The position numbers and the translations under genes were made by a program. From contig OZ024743.1 in NCBI GenBank assembly GCA_964016885.1, positions 32,364,001 to 32,428,000 of the forward strand: a stretch of DNA of 64,000 nt, in the 5' to 3' direction. This DNA is from Eledone cirrhosa (lineage: Eukaryota). This document shows positions 38,740-53,681 of this stretch, piece after piece (within the stretch, counting starts at the first letter, position 1; each line of letters begins with the position of its first letter). The notes beneath the pieces are model-generated. The model did no database searches. It was not told the DNA's origin and was given only the letters and a program-made list of their open reading frames with translations.

Positions 38740-40683
38740 AATTCAATAAAAAGAAATGTTTTCTCTTTACGGTCCTTCACAATTGTATTGGGTTTGTTGG
38801 CTTTGATTGTTTTGTCAGTTTTCACAGGGAAATCCCAGAGGATTGTTATGTTCTAGCCTCCTGTTACTGCATCTGGGTGATGGTTGTACCATTTTTCCTC
38901 TGCTTTGAGACTATAAAACTTGCACATTACCCAGTGTAAGTATTACTCCACTCTATCATGCCTCGTTTTATATACAACCATGAAACCATGTAGTCTATGG
39001 TCTCAATTTGGTCATCACAAAATCAACACTTTCGATCAATTTCATTTCTGATCCCATTGGCTTGTAAGTTGCATGTTGGGAGAAACTGGTCTAGTGCAGC
39101 CAAAATGAAACCCTCACTCTCTACCTTTAGCTTATAACTCTACAGCCACTGATGGGTGAGAGTTTGATCTACATCAGGTTCTTTGCTATGGAGAACATAC
39201 TTACCCATGCAGTGGTTTTTGCTCCCATTTAGTGCACAGTCAATGTTGGCCTTCGTGTTTTGCCAACACTTTGATATTCTTTGCAGCTTTAATTGCAGAA
39301 TCACCTTCATTTTCAAACTGTATTCCCAATTTTTCCACAAACTTCCTACTTTCCTTTGTGACAATGTAACTTCTTCTTCCCTGCATGGTCTGCAACCATT
39401 TTCATCATCCAGTCATCTGTGGTTTTAAGGTACTGATTGAGTTCAATGGTCAATATCCTCTATGAAAACTCTACCTGGAACATTCCTCTACCTGCATTTT
39501 ATCCAGGGAAATAGAGGAGATCCACATCTGCTTTTGGGTGATGTATTCTATTATAGGTCAGAAGTTTCTTGATTTTGGTGTCCATTCTCTTAATTTCATT
39601 AACGTTCCAATTCATGATATTGAAACATTAGTTAAAATCTGGGATTGCAAGCACATTTAGGTGATCAGATTAGCATGGGAGGAGGTTGTTCTGAGGCCAT
39701 AGTATCTAGAATAAGGATGGGCTGGAAGAAGTTTAAGGAGCTGCTTCCTCTGTTGACAAAGAAGGGTTTCTCCCTGCATATGAAAGGCCGGTTATATGAT
39801 GCCTGTATGAGATGTGCATTGCTGCATTGTAGTGAGACATGGGCAGCAATTACAGAGGATATATGACAGCTGGAGAGAAATGAAACAAGCATGCTCCGTT
39901 GGATGTGCAATGTCAATGTGCATGAGCGACCAAGCATAGATGAGTTGAGAGAGAAACTGTGTATAAGAGGGATAAGTTGTGGTGTGCAGGAGAGAAGACT
40001 GCGATGGTATGGACTTGTGATGCGCGTGGAGGATGACTGCTGGGTAAAGAAGTGCAGTAGAAGGAAGACGCAGTAGAGGAAGACCACGATAAACATGGGC
40101 GGAGGTGGTGAGAGCAGACCTCAGATCGCTGAAGCTCACGGAGGAGATGATGAATGAGCGTGACAAGTGGAGAGATGCTGTGCTGAATAGGACTCGTCCC
40201 ACCCTTGCAAGCAGGGAAATGATGATGATGATGATGATGATGATTTATGACAGATAATTTATTTCTCGTGTTAAGCTCTGTTTTCATGATAGCACATACT
40301 CTCTGTTAGCATTCCTTTCTAATTCTCTCTTTCATGCTGGCATGGTAAATACCTTGATACATTTAGGCTTGTTCCTATTTTAGACCCCTAAATGCTGTAT
40401 TCACAACTATTTCTATTGAGTTTGTGCTTGTCATTCTGCCTTTCTTGAATGTTGCTTTGGCACATTTTTCCAGTCCAAACTACATCACCACATCATCGCT
40501 GAACACCTTGACTGTTTTCAGCAGTCCTTCGTTGTCATTTTTGGATTCCACATAAAACATTTATGGTTTTGCTATCTATTTTCTAGCCATATTTCGTTTT
40601 ATTGAGCGTTAAAGACAGCAGTGTGAATGCAATGAAAAATATAAGAGGAGAAAACGAATCACCTTGAAAAATATCATTTTTAT
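38740..40683 (-). mobile_element. Decayed R4/Dong-like (RLE) retrotransposon interrupted by RTE 39655-40243
   Basis: IFQGDSFSPLIF and FGLEKCAK (RT); THQWL...ESEGFILAALDQ; RHD..LHW, WYNHHP, ILWDFPVKTDKTIKANKP (RLE). Confidence 0.75.
39655..40243 (+). mobile_element. 5'-truncated RTE, short-3'-UTR subfamily, nested in an R4-like element
   Basis: LGDQISMGGGCSEA, RRLRWYG, (GAT)n tail. Confidence 0.88.
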
Positions 40684-43600
40684 TTGGTGGATTGGCAGTA
40701 TCGATAGAGGGTTGGACGCCATGCTTTGCAGCATAGAATTCTGGCCCTTTATGATCTGAGTTCAAATCCCGCCGAGGTTAACTCTGCCTTTCATCCTTAC
40801 AGGGTTGATAAAATAAAGTACCAGTAGTGTACTGGGTAATTGCTGGCGTTGTGCCAAAAGTAGAAACAATATATTTACTATTATATTTTCATGGAAAAGG
40901 CTTTACCTCACATAATATTGAATTTATGAGATTTTGATATTTATTTTGAGAACAATACCTTAACATCAGTATGGGAGGCCAGTTACAGCCGGTTTGAACA
41001 GAAAGAGGTGAGAAAATTCTGGCCAGATATGGCCGGTTTAAATGCTAAAGAGTTAAAAAAGGTCACATTCTCAGCTCATGAGAAATGCCTTTTATTGAGC
41101 ATTGATTACCATATTATACAGTTAATCTTAGATTCTTAAAAACATTGTTAACCTTTGAAAATGGATTATATTAGACTACATATTAATATATTTTATCACC
41201 TCTATTTGTATGAAAACAAAATCAATTCTAGTTATATTTGAATAAATACTGTAAGGTTTATAATCTGGTGATCTACAGATTTTATAACCTCTTGACACCT
41301 ATATAATTTTGATTAGACACATGAAACAATCTGGTCACCAGGACAGAAATGGTGTGTTGTGATTTCTAACTTTTAATAAGAGCATTGTCAAGGTAATTGA
41401 AATAGTTTCAACTGAGATTTGAACCTAGATAAAGTTTTGGCTACCCCAAAATTGCTGGCCTTGAAGAAACCATGATTGAGTAAAGATTTGACTCCCAATA
41501 TTTGACTAGTACTTTATTTATCAAGAATAATGAAAATCTGTGTTAACCTTGATGAGATTTGAACTCAAAGTATAAAGAGCCAATAGAGATACTGAAATTA
41601 TCCAACTGTTAATTTGCCATATTATAAAAATAGTGAAGGAAAACTAATAGAAATTTTTGCAAAACAAATCCTGTTTTCTGCCTTCAAAGAACCAACAAAT
41701 AAAAAAAAGAGTGGCTGGAGATGCAACAACAAAAATTATTAAAATAAAAAGAAAATCTAAAAATGAATTAAAAATAATATTTCAGAATGTTCTGCAAAAA
41801 ACCCATCAACATGGTTATTACCTGAGAAAATGTAGTGAAAGTAAAACGTAAAGTAAAAGTGAAATCATAGGAATGCTGTCCTGACATATGATGTGGCTTG
41901 GGGATTTTAAACCTGGCAGTGCCCATTCTTTTCCAGGTCAGACCAGTTGATTTCTTCCAGAGAAAGTAATAAAGAGAGCTAGAGGAAGAACCAGCCCCAG
42001 GTACTTTATTTATCAACCTTAAAAGTATGAATGGCAAAGTTGATCTCAGTGAGTTTTGAACTCAGAGCAAGGGATCAAAAACAAATACTAAGACATTTTA
42101 ATCTAAAATCCTAATGACCTTACCAATCTACTGCCTCATTGTGGAAGTAGATAAAGAAAATGATTCCCCAGTGATTGAGAAACATAAGATGACACTAAAG
42201 AATTTTTTGTGACAAAAGACAAAGTGTTTCTAACAAAACCTACCAATGAAAAAGAACACAATATGTGGAAGTTGTGGGGAAGCAATCAAACATTGTTTCT
42301 AGCTGCTTAGTCTTTGTCAAAGACAAAATAAACACTGGCATGACAAAGTTTGCACTTTCATAAGCTAGATATTTATCTAGCATTGTGAAATTCACATCAC
42401 AAAATGCTGACATAAACATAGGCAACAAAAGTTATTCAGAGTATAATTAATTGATAACATGCTGTAACATGCCAATTCATATGAACAGAAAGATTAAAGA
42501 AAAATGTACAGTTGTTATTGTCAAAACCAATCCAGAAAACATGTGCCTTAGTATATGTTCTAACACTTTAGCATTTACATTACTCTATATATACTATTGA
42601 ATGTTTATGGCAAAGGCTTTACCTTATATAATTAACTCACATAATATCGAATCTATGAGATTTTAATGTTATTTATGTTAAGAACAATACCTTAACATCA
42701 GTATGAGCAACCAATTATGACCAGTTTGAACAGAAAGAAGTGAAAGAATTCTGGCCGGATATGGCCAATTTAAAAGCTAAAGGATTAATACACAACACTA
42801 TATCTCTAAAGGAAAGAACTGATTGTCACATTGAACCAAAGGAACTATGTTTCTGTTTTGTTTTGTTTTTCATTTCTCCATCTGCCAGTTGGAAATCCTG
42901 ATAGAAATGTCACCCTTTTCTTGTGACAGGAAGTAGAACTTGAACTCAGAATACACAGAGCCAGAACTGATGCCACAGAGCATCCCATCCAACTTTTTAA
43001 CAATTCTGTTAATCCATTGTGCTTGCACTTGTACTTTATTTATTAAAACTGAAAGGATAAAAACAGATTTGACTTTGACAAAACTCAGAATGCAAAGAGC
43101 TCAAACAAATACTATTAAGCCTTTTGTCTCATACTCTAACAATTCTGCCAATCACAAAGAGCTGGAGGAACTGAAAAATCAGAACACTGAACTAAATGTC
43201 TTAAAAATATCTAACCTCATCATCTATGTATTGATATCAAATCATGTTAGGAGTTGGCTATTCATTTTATCCCTCTAAGGTGATAAAATAAATTACTAGT
43301 ATTATATGGGGTTGATTCAATTGACTTAACTTTGTCCCTACAAAAGATTGGTCTTGTACCTACTTAAAGGAAATGATAAAAGTTAGCTGTATAAATGTGT
43401 TATAGGTGATATTTGTAATATTGTATCTAAAAAACTGATATCCATAATATTGTATCTAGAAGCTGATATTATATTGTATAGATGTAAATAAGAAGTTCAA
43501 TCAATTCTTTTGAAATATATTCTACTAGTGAAAAGGTCAAGACACATAATTATCACACATAAAACCAATTTTATGTTAGTGTATCATGAAATACATTTTA

Positions 43601-44157
43601 TCAAAACAGTTTTTTGTCGGGCTATGATTTTATTTAATGTTTCTGATACTTTCTTACTAAAACATTTTTGTCTTTTCATCTTGGTTGTATAAAATCATTC
43701 TTAGTGCTTCTTACCTTGTTCTGTTAAAAGTAAAATTCTGAATAATAACTATGTCTCTATGGGAGATGATAAAATATTCAAATCTGTAGCAATTGATTTA
43801 CTAATTTATACATAATATATTTGCAATATGTTTAGTTTAGTTAATTCAATAAATTCAAGGCAGTTAAGCACGAACATGGCCATGTGGTTAAGAAGTTCCC
43901 TTTGCAACTAATGTGTGGTACCTTGGCCAAGTGTCTTCTGCAATAGCTTCAGGTTGACCAATGCATTAGGAGATAAATTTGTAGATGCAAACTGTGCAGA
44001 CGCCCATAGTATATGTGTGTTTGTTTTTATATTTACTGGTGTTTGTTTCATAACTTAGCAATTCAATTTCAAGAAGTATTGGTATTGAATGAGTTAATCT
44101 ATAGCTATATATGTCCTTTCTCATTGTAAAAGTTGAATGAATTATACCATATAGGTA

Positions 44158-44540
44158 CAGGCAAGGCTGTGTGGTTAAATTCTTTGTTTGCAGCCATGTA
44201 ATTTCAGGTTCAGTTCCACTGCATCACATTTTGGCCAAGTGTCCTCTACTACTATAACCTTGGGTTGGCCAATGCTTTGTGAGAGAAATTTGATAGATGG
44301 AAACTGTATGGCAGCCTGTTGTATGTATGTGCATGTATGGAAGCTCATCATATATATATGTGTGTGTATCAGAGAGAGAGAGAGAGAGAGAGAGAAAGAC
44401 CATGTCTGTGCTTACATTTTCCTGTTTGCAAATGCCCCATACCTTTGAAGAGCAGTGGGAAGAGATCGATAAAATAAGTTTTGTATATTCCCTTCGTGGC
44501 AGTACCTCAGCATGACTGCAATCTAACAACTAAAATGAGT
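44158..44540 (+). mobile_element. Older tRNA-CORE SINE with internal microsatellite (related copies 2108-2300, 43870-44020)
   Basis: GCTGTGTGGTTAA A box, GGTTCAGTTCC B box, TTGGCCAAGTGTCCTCTACT core. Confidence 0.6.
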
Positions 44541-45185
44541 AAAAAGGAAAAGAACACATTTTACAATACATACTTAGGTAATGTCATTCTCCAATTAACT
44601 AATAGAGAGCAAAGCTACTCACTTTACAGATATGGATAATGTAGTTGTAGATGACTAGATATACTAGCTGAATAAAAGATTGGATAAAAAAGACCTCTGT
44701 TCATTTGGACAATATATGTTCTCATTGATTAATCTATGTAACAGCCTGCTCTTGAAATTAACATGTACGTGGCTGAGCATTCCACAGACACATGTATCCT
44801 AAATGCAATTATCTGGGAAATTCAACATGTGAATTACAGGTACAGCTCATCTGATGGACATCCAAACAATATCCATCCACCTAATTTCACTGACAAGTCA
44901 TGGGCTGACCAGAGGTTATGGTAAGCTACACTTGTCAAAGATGCCATCCAATGGGATTGAACCTAGATCCTGGGTCATATGACTAAAGAGTTTGTTTCAC
45001 AATCATTAGATTGTGAAACAAACTCTTTAATCATATGACCATGCTGCATCCACAAAAGATTGGACAGTCATGTTTGGATTGCTTTTGATTATAGGTTTTC
45101 TGCTCAATGAGGCTAACGTGGGGCTGAACAACGACAAATAGGAAATCAATGTTTTATATATTAAATATTTCAACTAACAAATATT

Positions 45186-45540
45186 TCTTCTTCTTCTTCT
45201 TCTTCTTCTTCTTCTTTGCCCACTTATTCCTGAGAGGGTTGTGGGGTCAGAGTCCTCAAACGCTCCTTACAATGGGTCCTACCAGAAGCAACCGTCTTCA
45301 ACTGATCTGGCTGGATCCCCAACGTGACCAGCCAAGCTCATGGATGTTATCCAACCATTTTGCATGGGATCTACCCCTGGGTCTTTTGCCGGTTGGTTTT
45401 GCCCATAAAATCTGTCCAGCGATTTTTTCCTGAGACATTCTAACCACATTCCCAGACTATTAGAGCTGTGAGCTCTCAATTTGGAGAAGTAGTGGCTCTA
45501 CCTGGGGTGGCTCTCTGATCTCCAAGTTACGCACTTGTAG
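45186..45540 (-). mobile_element. RTE (Expander/Rex3-like) 3' fragment with (GAA)n tail
   Basis: EPLLLQIESSQL..GNVVRMSQE; homologous to 51960-52270. Confidence 0.75.
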
Positions 45541-46324
45541 TCTCAAGTTGCAACTTGAAACTAGAAATATTTCATCAATTCAAAACCTTTTCCAGGCTAA
45601 TTCAACTTAAAATTGCTGTTGTCTTTTATATATGATAATACTTTCAACTCTTAACATCCTGCACTACATGAAACTGCATTATTAAGGCATTCTTGAAAAG
45701 TACAAAACAACACTATGACTGCATCACATTAGCAATAAGATGTTTGCTCTAATACTGCTAATTTTCACAATTATCTGTTCACAAGTAAAGATACTATAAA
45801 CATTTGAATTAGCTAATCAAAGTTGATTTTAGATATTTTCTATTAAATAATTATAGGATGCTAAGAGTTTAAATGGACCATGTTCACCAAAGAATAACTG
45901 CAAATTAGATACATGGATTATGAATTGATACAAAAATTAATAATAGAGAAAGCACTCATGAGGTGTAAATGGTTTCTAGATAAGATCAATTGTGGAATAA
46001 AGGAAACATCAGATTTGATTGAAAATTATATCCTTTGGGGGTGATATCACATCAGATGTGAAAATTACATTGTTAAAAGAGAATGTTAAAATAGTGATAA
46101 ATTACAGCATTCAAATTTTCAGACCTAATCATTTTTCTAGAGTGATTGAAAACATTCACAGCATTTTAAACAGATCCTTACAACCACCCAGTAACAACAA
46201 CTACAAAGAAATACGCTAAATGAGCTTCATATATAATTACTTGAACTGTTGAATGTAGCAATAAAATCTGCCCTAATAAACTTCAATTTTTTTTTAATCA
46301 AAAGTAAAAATATGCCTGATCTTT

Positions 46325-47370
46325 AATAATTGTTTCTATTTTTGGCACAAGGCCAGCAATTATCCCAGTGTATTACTGGTACTTTATTTTATGGACCCCC
46401 TAATGATGAAAGGCAAAGTTAACCTCAGCGGGATTTGAACTCAGACCGTAATGTAACTCTATGCTGCAAAGCATGGTGTCCGACGTTCTACCAACACTAC
46501 AAATCTACCAATAATGATCTTTAATAATGTAAGGCATTTCATATGACATTCTATTGTTTTTCCACTCATAGCTCTAAATAATTGTTTCTTATATAGGCAC
46601 AAGGCCAGCAATTTTGGCGGAGGGGAAAGTCGATTAAATCGACCCCAGTGCGTGACTGGTACATTATTTTATCGACCCCGTAAGGATGAAAGGCAAAGTT
46701 AACCTCGGCGGGATTTGAACTCAGAATGGCAAGGGCCGTAACTCTATGCGTCAAAGCATGGCGTCCGACCCTCTACCGATACTGCCAATTCACCGCCCTA
46801 TAATAATAATAATAATTGTTTCTACTTTTTGGCACAAGGCCACCAATTACTCAGTACATTACTGGTAATTTATTTTATCGATCCTGTAAGGATGAAAGGC
46901 AAAGTTAACTTCGGTGGGATTTAAACTCAGAATGGCAAGGGCTCTAACTCTATGCGTCAAAGCATGGCGTCCGACCCTCTACCGATACTGCCAATCTACC
47001 ACATAATAATGATTTCTAATTTTGGCACAAGGGCAACAATTTTGGGTTGAAGGGACGATTGACTACATTGATCCCAGTACTTGACTGGTACTTTACTTTA
47101 CCTCAGAGGGATGAAAGGAAAGGCTGACCTTGGCATGATTTGGACTGAGAAAGTAAAAAAACTGGAACAATTACTGATATAGATATGCTCTAATGACTCT
47201 GCCAATTCACCACCCTCCTAAATAATGGTTTCTGGTTTAGGCACAAGGCCAACAATTTTAGGAGAGGGGAAGTCGATTAAATTGACCCCAGTGCATTACT
47301 GGTGTTTTATTTTATCAACGCCGTAAGGCTGAAAGGCAAAGCTAACCTCAGCAACATTTGAATTGATACT
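46325..47370 (-). mobile_element. Head-to-tail cluster of five copies of the abundant SINE
   Basis: Copies begin near 46325, 46578, 46801, 47003 and 47221, all on the minus strand with differing divergence. Confidence 0.85.
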
Positions 47371-50300
47371 GTAAAGAACCTGTTTTCAGAGCCCCATAGT
47401 TGGTCAAGGATTTAGGGTCTACTGTTTACACACTGTTTACACACTACATATTGATACAGATCACTAATCAATAAGATCATTACCAGTACATGATAAGCAT
47501 TTTATTTTATCAAACACAGAAGGATAAAAGACTAAGCTGACTTCAGCCATATTAGAATTCAAAATGTAAAATGTCAGAACAAGTAACACTGGCTTATTTT
47601 TTTTATTCGGATACTCTTACAACTCTGCTAATTCCAAAGAAACCAAAGAAGCAAAATAACATTTACTTTCAGATTTTTAAGTGAAAAACCGTCATACTTC
47701 CTATCATTACTTTGTCAAGTCATGCACAATTTCAACATTTATGAAATATAGTTAATGACATGACTTACAGAACCTTCAATAACTTGCTTAAGGCTAAAGT
47801 TCTGCTGTTATTTGTTTGGTTAGTTACATATATATTTGTACATACACCAATGTTATTTCCTTTCATTATAAGATTTCCTGAAGCATTGGGTGAAAAATAG
47901 TGTATGCTGTTCCATAATCAATAATAGGAACCTTTGAGTTGATCAGTAATGCTGATGAAATAAGAATATGAAATAGAGATCTGAAATAAACATTTCAGCC
48001 AAAAAAGTGTTTTTTTTCATCCAAGAGAGATTAGGTGTGATGTATGTTATGTATGTGTGTTTTATAGCTGACTATATGGTCATACCTGTGGTGATATACT
48101 GTATTTTCAAAGGCTGGACAGCCAGAATTTGTCAACATATTTTTATTTCTTTTTTCACGCTGCTTGCACAGTTTGCAGCAGATCTTCTCTTGTTTTATTA
48201 TTTTATTCACAGTTGGAATTCGACTTGGAGCTTAGGTTTTGGGGGGTTTCTTTTTACATAGAAAGTTTGTTCAGCCTTAGTTATATGCACTAGCAGAAAA
48301 ACCACCCTTCGTAGTGTGCATATTAATATTATACACAAGTATATATACATGTAGATATGATACATCAAATAAAATCGTAATTGACAATATACACAGAAAT
48401 TGAATGAAGACTGCATTATGTTGTCTTATGTAATCAGTAACATAATCCATGATACATTAAAAAAGACGATATTATATATAAACTGCATTAGGAGAAAATT
48501 AGTGACGGAAATATATGAATGTTTATTTAAGCAATTACTAACCAGAAGTGTTGACATTTGAAAATTTTGAAGAAGTGAATCTTAGAATAAGCAACAATAT
48601 TATTTATATTTAATCAAGAATAACGAAATTTAGTAGATAAATTATGTAATATTCATTCATTATTTATTCAAAGTAATCCAACTTATTTTACAAACGGGAT
48701 AAAAAAATATATATTCTGGACGCAGTACCGCACTCCTTACTTTATTATAGTTTAGAAACATATATGAATAGTCTCACTGTCTAAATCTAATGAGTGGGGA
48801 AAACGTCAATCAACTAAGACTGTTCTCACAATTCCAAGACCAAATCTTCCTTTAGAGGTTTTCAGCTGTTAGAAAACAATCAAGGAAGAGGAATTGTATA
48901 GCATAAATTTATGCAAGTCTTTTGGAACAATTTACGGCAATGCAGTGGGAGTGGACCTTATTTACTAGAAAAACTAGGCATGTTTCCATCTTATTAAATC
49001 TCCTTGGTGAAGCATATTTACTTAGTAACTTTGTGCTGGTTATGTATGTCAAACAGGGGTAGGGAAAATGACTGATGGGAGTGCATAAAAATTGTCTTGC
49101 TGTTTGAATATAATGAATAGGAAAAATTTACATTCAACTAAGTCTGTGAGGCTATAATAGAACATATGTCCCTTAAATACTGCATATTGGGATTTAAGTA
49201 AACATCTTAACCACTTTGCCATGTCTGCAGCCATATACTATTAACATATTTTAGATGTCTTAGTATACTATTTAACACATTTATATTTAGCATGCTTACA
49301 TATTCTTATTATCTTAGCATTCTACAGACATGCATTCTAATTGCATGTTTAGAAGTCTATTAACATGATAATAATTATCTTTATACACTGTAATTTATTA
49401 CTTTTTTTTTTAAATGTGAATATAATTCCTAACATGTTAAATATTCCATGTAGCATTGTGAAGAACATGAGAACAGAAACTAATATTGCTATTCAATATT
49501 TCAGATTAATGAGCAAGGAATTTACATTGTTGAATATAGGAAAGGAATGTTACTATTTTCTTTAAGTATTTTATATTCATGGTATCATTTTATTAACAAT
49601 TGAACTCTCAATTCTAAAGGTAGGTAGGAATGAGAAGTCAGAAGCAAAATGGCTATGAAAGAATCACTGTAGCTGTATTTAAACTAGATTCTAAACCATT
49701 GAATAAAGTGCAGAAAAGTAGTTTTTCTTTATTGTGTGAGCTTTACATTCTTGTTACCGATTTCACATCACTAAAATCTGTATTGAATTTAGATTCCATT
49801 ATATGTTATATCTTTTGAAAGCTTTCTTGCATCTTGTACATTATCAGTTATAAATGCAATATTCCCATTATATTCCTTGAGGATTTCTATTTTAAAAAAT
49901 GGTGCTGGAGGCTGGAAGTGGAGGTTTTGATTTTTTTTTCTTCATTTTTGTACCATTGTACTAAATAAAAAAAAATTTTTTTTACAAAGCTTAAAATCAC
50001 TGTATTTTGGGGTTTGTGTAATTGGCTATTTTTGAAGTCTATGCTTTTCTCAAGAGCATTATTGGTAATTAGATGAAATGATTTCAACTTGGATTTAAAT
50101 TGTTATATAGCCAGAAGTTTACTACTTGCTTTTCTACACTCACTACAATACAAAAGAATTATTCATGGGAATATTGTAATAATATTAAGTAAATTCCACC
50201 TACTACACTCTCCTCCAATTTATAATTCCACCCAGCTATTTTTTTATCCAATGCAGAATGAAGCTTCAGCAACTATGCTAGTTTTAGGACTACCTGTCAG

Positions 50301-51544
50301 TATGGACCAAGTGCAGATTGGACAGGATGCAGAATTTGCTCTTAGTATACAAAAAACATGAAGAGATACTGCAACGCAACTCATCTAACAATTGCACAAA
50401 TTCACTTCCCCTAAACTGGTTCTTTATTTACTGATCCTGAAAGAATGAAAGACACAATTGACATTGGTGAAATTTGAAATCAAAGCACAAAGAGCCAGAA
50501 TAAATACAGCAAAGCAGTTAATGCAATGCTCTAATGATATTGCTAATTTGCCACTAATTTATTAGCAATTATTTAAATACAGGCAATATTGGCTGAGTTG
50601 GTATCCTAAGGCTTAAAGAACATTCCAGAAAAATATTTAATTGATAATGGGTCTATCTCTGTTGACAGAATATATGTTAATGGTTGAATCAGATGTGGTA
50701 TTCCAGACATGGGAATAATATTTCAAGCTAAGTGATTCTGACAGTTAATAGGCTTTTCTATTAAGCTTCATGAAAACGAAGACAGTAAATGAGCTAAAGC
50801 ATTGAATGAAATGCATTGTGGTCTTTATTCAGGTGCTTTGTATCCTGAGTTCAAATCCTACCAAGGTCATCTTTGCCTTTCTATAAATTATCATTATCAT
50901 TGTTTAATGTCTGCTTTCCCTGCTAGCAAGGGTTGGATGGGTCTACATTGACCAAGTTAGTACTGAAACAGGCTACTGACCTCCTAGACAGGCCAAGTGT
51001 CAGCATCTCGCTTATGTATGGTCTCATGTTCTACCAAATGCACCAGCACAGGAGAAATTATCATGTCTTTAACACAACTGAATGGTCCTCGCATCATTAG
51101 TGCATTAGAAAGCATGATTTGTGGTATTTAGTCTATTTTGCATGTGTGTGTGTGCTTATATCAAATCCTACAGTGGTCTACTAAGGTGGTAAACATAATT
51201 TAGCACACAGTTTAACACCATCATCTAGCCTTTGGGTGCTTTTACTCAATTCTACTTAATTGCAAGCATTTTGGCTAGGTTTCCAGTTTGATAATACCTT
51301 CCAACTTGTCTACAGCCATACTCAGGGACCTTCAAAATGCCCATGAGCACTGCCTTTTCCTCCTGACTAAGCAATAAAAAATGGGAAGACAGATAAAATC
51401 AACTCACTCTAGACATTAAATATTACTATTTTTAGTTGGAGAATTGAAGATTGTATGATATTAACTTACGCACTCATCATATTTTATTTTGCACCACATT
51501 TCAAACCAAAATAAGAATATACCTCTTGGCAATACTCCCATGAT

Positions 51545-52285
51545 TTCTCAAAGACCTGCCGCATCGGGAATATTTAGTCAGCTGTGCTGCATCTGGAATT
51601 AAAACCACACTGTTTATCAATTAGTTGGATTCAACAATCTCCCTGCACCTCTTTGCCAGGCATTTAGCATAGACTTTGCTGGAGAGGCTTAACAAGGAGA
51701 TCCCTCTGTAAATGGAACAATCTCTCTTAGGTGCCTTTCCAGAGACCCAGTCCACCCGGCACACAAAAGAAGGGAGGTAGGTGTAAAAGCCAAATTCGCT
51801 ATCTTCAATTAGGTATTCGTACCAACCCTTACCTATGGTCATGAATCTTGGGTAATGCCCAAAAGAATATAATCAAAGAATATAATATAATACAAGCGGC
51901 CATAATGGTGTTCCTCCAAAGGGTCTTTAGGGTAACATTACTTGATATAGTGCATAGCTCGGAGATCAGAGAGTCACTCCAGATAGAGCCGCTACTTCTC
52001 CAAATTAAGAGATCACAGCTCCAATACTATGGGCATGTGGTTAGAATGTCTCAGGAAAGAATTGCTGAACAGATTTTTGGGGCAAAACCAACTGGCAGGA
52101 GACCCATGGCCTACCTCCATAAACGGGTTGGATAACATCCATGAGCTTGGTTGGTCTTGCTAGGGGATCCAGCCAGATCAATTGGAAATGGTTGCTTCTG
52201 TCCACACCCACTATAAGGAGTGTTTGAGGACTCTGCTTCCACGACCCTCTGAAGAATATGTGGATGAAGAATAATAAAAATAAGA
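51545..52285 (+). mobile_element. RTE (Expander/Rex3-like) fragment with 5' inversion
   Basis: 51760-52285 on + encodes the C-terminus (RSQLQYYGHVVRM). 51545-51740 on - encodes upstream RT (YRGISLLSLSSKVYAK). Confidence 0.7.
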
Positions 52286-53681
52286 AGACCACATTTCAAC
52301 AAATATATATCAGGTGTCATAGGAAATATTATGTGATAGGAAATATTATGAAGTTAAAATGCTTCTACTATGATCACAGGAATATAAACTTCAAACCATA
52401 TTAAAGTCCTTATGATGTGCTTCTGAGCAAGAGCAATGTACTTAGATCTGCTTAACAACTCTGTTTATCTGACAAAAACAAGCTAAATAAAATAAGATAA
52501 AATAAACAGATTTTGCTTCAACAACTTAATCAAGTGTTTAATGATAGTAAGAGCATCTAACTTAGAATCCAATTTCATCAATAACAGCATGATCAAATGA
52601 ATTCAGAATAGGATGGAAAAGAAATTTTCTGAGATTTAAATTCAACTCATAAACCTTTATTGTATCTCTCTTAAGAAGATGGAATATGAGATAAAAAGTG
52701 TTAAAATCTATACAAACATACAAATTTGAAATATATCAAAAAGAAATTTATCAGCAAAGATGAGCTTTAATAACCTAATTAATCTTTAGTACACGAGTGA
52801 TATCTCATCATTGAAATATGCAAATGTAATTGGAGTTACATTCATTATCAATCTTGTTCAGTTAAGAAACATCCAATTGGGAGAGCGCATTATAGGAAAA
52901 AAATAATGGAATGACAAACCAGAGCAAAATTAATGGTAATGTTAATTCTTGATGAAAAGATGAAAACAAAATATTGTCTGTCTGTTTGTATGTGCGTTGC
53001 CTGTTTTTATATACCCATTTAATTAATGAGTAATTACCTTTAATACTATTTTCATAGACATACTTTTGCAATAGGAGCTTTATCATACTTCTGCAGGAAT
53101 AGTATTAAAGATTTCCAATCAATAATATACACACTAACACTCACACAATCTTAGTTCTTTGCCTTGTGAGAAAAGATACTCTGAAATAGTATTTAAACAT
53201 TTTGATATGTTTACTGTTACTAATTCTCATTGCTATATTTATTTTTATTATTTAAATGTTTAAGAAAATAACTAAAATGTGATATAAAATATAGAATATT
53301 AATATATACAATAAATGAGGCATTAAATTTGCAATGGTAAAAAATAAGTAAAATAAAATAATCATTTACTTCCCTATAAATATCTAATAATTTAATCATG
53401 TGGTATGGTCAATTAAGCAGAGTTATTAAAGCATTGAATATTTGTTCAGGGTCTTTGATCAGAGTTCAAATTCTGACAAAGTTCACTTCCCTTTTCATCT
53501 TTTTGAAGTTCTATAAATATAGAACTAGCATAGGTCTAGTGCAGCTCACACTTTGTTCAGCTTTCGCATCTTCTATGGTTTGCTGGATCAAGGGTAGGAG
53601 GATCAAGCTGCTGTCTGTGTCTGCTCACAATTGCATTGAGATTTAAAACTTCTTGGTATGGTACATACTATGAAATCATAC

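Noticed and set aside
50238-50345. Possible host exon after TTTTTTATCCAATGCAG
   Set aside because: Weak donor, no recognisable protein motif and no partner exons; needs RNA-seq.
52500-53090. Coding-like AT-rich stretch (74-aa minus ORF with hydrophobic segment)
   Set aside because: Multiple stops in adjoining frames and no recognisable family.
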